DNA from: Basidiobolus ranarum
Taxonomy: Eukaryota
Direction of reading: 5' to 3'
Assembly: GCA_040143965.1 (NCBI GenBank)
Contig: JASJQH010000084.1
Coordinates: 1 to 32,271 of the forward strand
DNA: 32,271 bases
In this document: one piece after another, positions 25,639-32,271 of the stretch
How positions within the stretch are numbered: position 1 is the first letter of the stretch
How the letters are laid out: the number at the start of each line of letters is the position of its first letter
Program-made: the position numbers and the translations under genes
The notes under the pieces: generated by a model
Database searches by the model: none
What the model saw: only the letters and a program-made list of their open reading frames with translations
Told to the model about the DNA's origin: nothing

Positions 25639-28600
25639 TTAGTTTTTCTTCTTACTCTTCTTAGCCTTGGACTTGACCGCTTCAATGTTGGCCGCAGACA
25701 CCTTTACTTTGCCCAACATTTGAGAGATCATTTCCATATCAGGAATGCTTTTGATAAGTTCTTTCTCGCGGGGAGTGGTATCGTTGGAATGAAGGAAAAA
25801 GTTGATTGCGGCTTTGCAAGCTAGGAAGTTCAGAGATGGTTAGCAAAGTCCAGTTAAACAATCTAAGTGGGATTATTCACTTACCTTTTCCTTTCTTCAT
25901 TGATCCCGGAGTCAATTTGACTCTGTACTTGAATTTTTGTAATGAGGTGTAAGGAGCACATACGGGGACAGCGAAAAGTAGAGTATCATCAGGGAATGGA
26001 CTCCCGGTTAAGGTATCGAGAAGGGTGAGGTTTTCCTAAAAATTTATAGATTGAGTTACATAGTTCGTTAGATGCTACCCAGTTTCTTTACTGACCGCAT
26101 CTTCTCCTTCTATCACAGTGATGTTTTCTTCCTTGAGAAGTTGTCTGATTTCTTCAGCCTCATGCGTATTGGAGGGAATTTGCTAAATGTAACTTTATAT
26201 CAGGAAATTGAGACATCAATGATAGATGGATAATGTTCATTTACCGGCAGATCAATTACATTGTTATCGAGAGTTTCAGTTCCTTCCTTTTCAACAATCA
26301 CATCACTAGTGACATTTGAAGCACTTGATGGCTTCTGGCTTTTACTTTCTTCTTTCTTTGGCTGGCTGACCTTATCGTCCTTGTTCTTATCCTTGCCTTT
26401 ACCCTTCTTTTTCGTAGCTTTAGCAGACTAGATGAAATTCGGTAACATTATCAAAAGATGTTTGAACAATACATACTCGAACCAATTACTTACTCCAAGA
26501 ATAGCCATCTTGAGTTCTCTTTCTTCATCATCTTGATCAGCATATTTCTCTTTCATTTTCTTCATTTTTCCTTTCTTACCCCGTGTAGTGGGTGGAGCAG
26601 GTTGAACAGGTTGAGCTTGCTTCTGCTTTTCTGATTTCTTCTGGGTGGTACGCTCAACCTTTACCGTTTCTTCTGAAGGTTCAGGGGTTGAGGGGGCGCC
26701 CTCCAGTTTCTTCTTTTTTAATTCTCTTCGTTCCTTTGCTGACATATACTTCTTCTTTTCTCCGATCTCTTCAGAGGTTTGAAGTCCTTTGTCTTCCTTT
26801 TCCAATGGAAGTACGAAATCTACATCTTCTCCATGCTCTTCCAGATTATATTTATCAAATGTTTCCACCATATGATCTAATGATGGGCTTTCCGGTTTCG
26901 AGACATCGCTGGTAATGTTGCCTGATTCTTCCCCAATCGACGATTCATCACTTTTTAGGAGAGACGTTGGGTTACTCTCGATTGTACCATTGTCAGAGTG
27001 CTCGACATGGGTTTCAATAGAATCATCAGCAGTGGAGGTTTTCGTTAGATCTTCTTCGGGTTGTGTGAACTCAATTTTATCATCCATGTTTTCAAGGACT
27101 GGCTTACTTAAATCCTTCAGCTCTTCTTGCTCGATTTTTCTTTCAACTACGTGATTACCCACGGAAGAATCATCCAAGCGGAAAGCTATTCCAAATCCAT
27201 ATACCAAGTGGGAGGGTGGCATGAAATTCTTCTTACCACGAATCATGAAACTACCAGTAGTAAGGTATTCACCAGAAGGGGCTGTTTTCGAAACTTGATC
27301 ACCATATACCCACCAGGCACTGGTCACAATCTTGGCATCCCAAGCTTTACTTTGACATACTGACATAATACCAGCCTGGAATAGAGTACTGGGTGGAATT
27401 GGGTCCTCTGTATTCTTATTCTTGACGATTACAGATGCGGCACCGTGAAGATCAGCGTGAACATATATATCCCCTTTCTTAAGATGGCGCTTTACAAGAA
27501 GTTCATTCTGTTGCATATCACGACCCGCGATAACAAGATAGCCCTCTGATGAGATGAACCACTGGAATTTCTCGAACCAAAATGGCTTACGCATTTTATT
27601 AATAGTCGCAGTAATCTTGGTATCCTTCAGATCTTGACGGATCTTCTGCTCAGCACTTTTTAAAGCTTTGGTGGAAGCGGCGATAGTTTTCTCTTGCTTA
27701 GATGCGGAGAATTTCTTAACATCGTAATATTTACGAGCATTGGCAAAGGCGGTGGAGAAAATATCCACATCAACATCCAAAGGTTTAAAAGTCTCCACAT
27801 CTTCGGATTCATCATCTGAAGAATCAAAGAAATCTTCCACTTCTTCAGGATAGCTTAATGACAATGTGATTTGATTCTTTTCCAATTTTAACTTGGAAAT
27901 CTTGATAGCTACAGGATTGTTTTTCTTCTTTTCAAGTTCAACCAGATCTTCTAGCTCTTTCCAGTCCATACCACTGGCAACATAATTCCGGATAACCAGG
28001 ACCGCCTGATCAACGAGTTCCAAGTTCTCTTCAATTAATTGGGCTTTCTTGACGTTAGTCTCTTGTGCGTTTTCAAGCCCCTTGACTCTACTCAGCTGTT
28101 CATTCTTGATGCTTTCCAATTTCTTTAGAGCTGCCTCTTCCTAAACGTAGATGTTCATAATCAATGATATATTCTAGACAAGAGTTAAAAGAATTAACGA
28201 AAGTTACTTGTTGGCGAGCTTTCAAATCGATCTTTTGACTTTCCAAAGCCGAGAAAAATTCATCCACCGCTTTGTCAAAGGAAGAGAATTCACGGTAACT
28301 CTTTGTGGAATGTTGTTCGAATAGGAATGGATGGAACTCCTCGTATCTGTGAATCTCATTTAAGGATGACAATCAAATCAATGGTAACGTCCGATGTAAA
28401 GAATATAATGGTAATAAGGATACGTTTCAAGGACACTTTCCTCCTCTCCATCGTCTTGCTTTGGAGCGCGCATTCCGTTGCCATCGTGCTTTTTTAATAT
28501 AATGTAGCCCTTTTGCTGTCCAGAACCACACAATTCAACCATTTTATCAGCTTTCTGATAGGCCTCGAGCAAGGTATCGAGACGTGGCGAATCTGGTAGA

Positions 28601-29693
28601 TTGAGTAGATTCAGATGAGTCAAGATTCGGCTTCGATTACTTGTCAAGAATATACTAACCTTCGTTCTGGCCAAATTCTGAAGCTACCTTCAAATTTGGA
28701 TCCATCTTAGCCAGAAGAATAATATGCTCAGTTAAGGCAGGTCCATAATCTTAAGTAAAACAGTTTAAATGAATGGTTTTGCATGAAGAAGGAAAGCAAA
28801 ATATATATTACCAAAGCATGCGTTGAGTAACTTCTTTAAAGTATCTTTGGGGCCTGCTTTCTCCACTACTTCACTCAATCTTTCACGATCCATAGAGGTG
28901 AATTCTCGAGCAACAGCCTTTGTATCATATATCTCGCCGACAACCATTCTTACATTTTCATTGGATTGAACCACACGCAATAGTGTCAAGATTTTGTATG
29001 TATGGTCAGTAAGAATGATGTTACCCTGTCAATACCACAATGAAATTTAGTTAATTAGTGTGTAAAAATGAGTCAAGAAGGATACTCACAGAAGCATAAA
29101 ATTCGGCAATGATATGATAACCACCAACTCCATCCTCACTAAAACTAGCAAATTCGAAATCGATAATACGATCCACACCGAGCTGGCGTACGTCTGTAAG
29201 TCGTCGAGCGCGTAAATGTTTACGTAGCTATGGTCGTCAAGTTAATATAGAGAGTACAGAACATGTAGATATATCCTAAAATACCTTCATACAAAACGTT
29301 GATGGAGCAGAGTATTTATCTCGAGCAAATTCGGTTGTATGAATACGGATACCCGATTCGATCAGTAAGTGTTCTTTACGATCAGGCTATGAAAGTAGTG
29401 AGATAGTTTAGTTCATGTAAAAAAGGGTTCTTCCATTTTGAGTTCTTTTAATTAATACAACGTTCATAAAAGAGTACATGAACTGACCTTGGAAAACTTG
29501 AAAAGATAGGTTTTGGAGTTGACATCGTAGCAATTTTGAAGACGAAGACCAACGACCCTTGAAATGTGAATGGATGCATGAATACTCCCAATATCAAGAC
29601 TAAAAAATCCAACATTTTGAAACCTCTAACCCACCTTTCTTTTAAATCAGCTACCGTGGCACGTATATCTAATGCAGAAAATCTCTGTTTCAT
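25639..29693 (-). CDS. RQC2: Ribosome quality control complex subunit 2 (NEMF/Tae2; NFACT domains), multi-exon
   Basis: [135 protein letters not shown]. Confidence 0.96.
28347..28423 (-). other. U12-type (minor spliceosome) GT-AG intron in RQC2/NEMF, 77 nt
   Basis: 5' site |GTATCCTT; branch point TCCTTAA (28366-28360) about 13 nt before CAG|; no polypyrimidine tract. Removal joins VLET^YEEFHPF in frame. Confidence 0.85.
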
Positions 29694-30197
29694 AGTTTAT
29701 TGGAAGGTGGTAAATAATAACGTTGAGTGAACTTCTCAGTGAAAAAATTGAAAATTTAATGCTCTTCTAGAGTACTAAAGATACATCAGATTAGTACAGG
29801 CTGCGGATTTCTGGTAAATAAGCTAGCACCCTGATTACCTAAATCTCAATATGCATCATCAGCTTAGGAAAGATGACGGAATGGATTTTCTTCAGATTAG
29901 ATACACCCAAATTCATGGCTTTAATCCGGACAACACCAATTCCATTGCAATATTCATCGGAAATCTCGAAAAGATACTCTAGCACCTACGAATTGACATT
30001 TACGATTATTAATCATCCACAAGTGAGAATTCATTATGAAATCCCCCATTACTATGAATACAGTAATTTCTCCGTAAAATTAATCATCAAAATTCATTTC
30101 CTAATTTGAAGAATGTTACTATCGCGTATATAAATGCTAAGGAACCCAAAGGTCTCCTGCAAATTCCTTAAAATCTTTATTGAATATACTCTAGATA

Positions 30198-30828
30198 ATG
30201 TCACGTCCATCAATTGTTGGTCCAGAGGTTCCTGTTGAGCCTTTTCCTTTCGAGCTTCAAGGTGAAGTGGTGCGAGGCTTCGGACGTGGTAGCAAGGAGC
30301 TGGGCATTCCTACCGGTATACTTCAATATTCAATAATTTTTTCTTTCTCGAAACCGTTTGAACTCATCGTTGTTTTTACCATTTTTTTAGCCAATCTTCC
30401 TGAAGAAGCAGTTAACTCCATCTGCAGTGAACTTGAAACTGGGGTTTATTATGGCTGGGCTCAAGTACTAAATAAGGAGGTTCGTCCTATGGTCATGAGT
30501 CTTGGTTGGAATCCCTACTACAAAAATGAGAAACGTTCAGCAGTAAGTTTGCTATATTTTTAAGGCTGACCCGAGGTCCTCTGCATATATGTTTATACTA
30601 ATGACTTTCACCTTAATACAATAGGAAATTCACATCATTCATAACTTCGAGTCTGACTTTTATGGAAGTGAACTTAAAGTTGTTGTTACTGGCTACATTC
30701 GACCCGAAAAGGATTATGACTCTCTTGACGCACTGGTTGAAGATATCCGTACTGATATTGAAGTAGCCAAAAATTCCCTCAATAGACCTGGTTATGAAGA
30801 AATCAAGCACCTACCATTTTTCGCATAG
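30198..30828 (+). CDS. FMN1: Riboflavin kinase. Introns 30316-30390 and 30543-30624.
   Basis: [18 protein letters not shown]^[28 protein letters not shown]^[23 protein letters not shown]. Confidence 0.96.
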
Positions 30829-31235
30829 TCATGGGAAGATGTGTTCCTCTTTGCATTTTATATTAAATCCTGTCCCTATATTCACCTATTCTTTTCCATG
30901 TTACCTTGATGTTTTGACACTCGGTCTTGTTTATGCGTGTTCTTGGTACCTCTTACTTTAAATAATGTGTATATTTTGACCTCACAGTAGGGGTTGACTT
31001 TTCATATAAATAGGGCCTAAATCATGTTCCTTTGTATACAAAATACTTCAAGTCAATAAGCAACAATGTTTCATTTCAGTGTTACATATTACTAGATTTT
31101 ATGTGTATCAACAAAGCAATATTGGATATTAAACTCCAGTAATGGTTGCTTTTGTATGCAACTTTGTTTATCATATTTTTTTGTGATGTTTATTTTCTTT
31201 ATCCTAATTATTAACTCTTTCTTTATACATCTGAC

Positions 31236-31406
31236 TGTTGAAGTATTTTGGGAGTTTGTTAGAAGTGGTTAGGAAAACTAGAAGAACTGATAGCTTACTC
31301 TTATTGATTTATTCAGTAAGAAGTTGATATTGATGGTTTTGTCAAGAGGTAAACAAACAAGCATGTAGAATGTTTTAACAGAGGTCCCAGGAACATGTGT
31401 GCATAG
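31236..31406 (-). mobile_element. Older, diverged LTR fragment (3' half) related to 31568-31737
   Basis: Aligns colinearly with 31568-31737, including the terminus ACTTCAACA, the AATAAA and shared blocks GTTTTGTCAAGA and AGGTCCCAGG. Confidence 0.7.
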
Positions 31407-31567
31407 CCCAACTGGAGTAGATAGCCTTTTAGGCCAGAATGACAAGGAAGGAAATAGACATCTCTGTAGATATGAATGCTAACTACTTAATCTAAGGGAA
31501 CAAATATGTTCACAAATCTACAGAGAACTACTTGGAGCTGTTAAGATGATTAAGAAATGGAAGGCCC

Positions 31568-31914
31568 TGTTAAAGTATTTGGGAGACTGTTGGAAGTGGT
31601 TTGGAGAATTAGAGAAATTGGTGGTTTTCACTTTTTGATTTATTGAGTAGAAGGTTGACCTTTATAGTTTTGTCAAGATGTAAACAAATCAATGTGTAGA
31701 ATGTGTTAAGGAAGGTCCCAGGCACATATGTGCAAAGTTTGGGCTTCTAGCACAAGTTTGAAAAATCTATATGCTTGAGAACTCTGAAGTTTGTAAAAAT
31801 ATTCCAAGTAAATTCAAATTGAGAACAATGGATAATATCTTAGGGAAATATGAGATAACTAAGTACTAAGCTATATATAACTACATAGGTGTTTAGGCAA
31901 AGCTAATTTCAACA
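31568..31914 (-). mobile_element. 3' LTR (about 347 bp) of a Ty1/copia element
   Basis: On the minus strand it begins TGTTGAAAT directly after the polypurine tract GAGGGAGAG (31923-31915) and ends ACTTTAACA (TG...CA with short inverted termini). It contains TATATATAG and an AATAAA about 70 nt from the end. Confidence 0.8.
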
Positions 31915-32123
31915 CTCTCCCTCAACTAAATAGTCTTATAACTAATCCTAAGGAAGGTCCAAATTTCTCAAATTTCTGACTAGCTAATGGTTTGTTGATA
32001 TATCAGCAATCTTGTCTTCTGTAGAACAATTAGTTGAGTCAATAAACTTATACTCTATAGTTTTTCTAATGATTTGATGTCTAATATCTATATGTTTACT
32101 TCTATTATGAAATATGGGATTTC
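31915..32123 (-). pseudogene. Degenerate Ty1/copia pol C-terminus (RNase H) plus PPT
   Basis: Minus strand translates NPIFHNRSKHIDIRHQIIR...STEDKIADI[frameshift]TKPL...KFEKF..LGL, matching the copia KHIDIR and ADIxTKxL motifs. Confidence 0.9.
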
Positions 32124-32271
32124 TGTTGAAATTAGCATTGCCTAAACACCTATATAGTCATATATAGCTTAGTACTTAGTTATTTTATAATTCACTAAGA
32201 TATTATCAATTATTCTCAATCGGAACTTACTTAGAATATTTTTACCAACTTAGAAGTTCTCAGATATATAG
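32124..32271 (+). mobile_element. LTR of a second, same-family copia copy in the opposite orientation, truncated by the window end
   Basis: Starts TGTTGAAATTAGC and is a highly similar inverted copy of 31767-31914. It interrupts the RNase H reading frame. Confidence 0.85.

Noticed and set aside
29078-29085. Second GTATCCTT in RQC2
   Set aside because: It lies 4 nt inside a normal GTGAGT donor that gives the correct frame (FYAS^GNIILTD), and there is no U12 branch point.
30543-30624. U12-like branch sequence (CACCTTAAT) in FMN1 intron 2
   Set aside because: The donor is canonical GTAAGT and a U2 branch (ACTAAT) is present.
31236-31737. Tandem repeat-protein pseudogene (about 332-bp period)
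   Set aside because: No consistent reading frame. Both copies end in LTR-type termini and carry AATAAA, which fits LTR fragments.
31767-32271. TIR DNA transposon or MITE reading of the inverted repeat
   Set aside because: The arms start with TG next to a PPT and flank copia RNase H, so they are LTR copies.

Overview
Gene-dense, AT-rich eukaryotic DNA with short GT-AG introns. The gene set (SPT23/MGA2-like, KGD4, AGX1, TOA1) and intron style suggest an early-diverging, non-Dikarya fungus (inference). Protein-coding genes: RPL34, a secreted Cu/Zn SOD, TFIIA large subunit, DHX35, a small secreted Cys-rich protein, alanine-glyoxylate aminotransferase, an SPT23/MGA2-like factor that seems to lack the IPT/ankyrin/TM tail, KGD4, an unknown TPR-like protein, PHB2, RPL18, an orphan ORF, RPS7, RQC2/NEMF and riboflavin kinase. 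The window ends in a CpG-depleted nest of Ty1/copia remnants. The best signals lie outside the ORF track: (1) a non-coding spliced host gene (about 8500-8976, minus) with one box C/D snoRNA per intron (snR41-like and snR70-like); (2) a U12-type intron in RQC2/NEMF; (3) a shared architecture of the three ribosomal protein genes, namely a TCT/5'TOP-like pyrimidine tract (also in the snoRNA host) plus an ATGGATGG motif in every first intron; (4) an anchor-less Spt23-like factor with triplicated S/T-P phospho-repeats. Coordinates and splice sites were read by hand and may be off by a few bases. No database searches were run.
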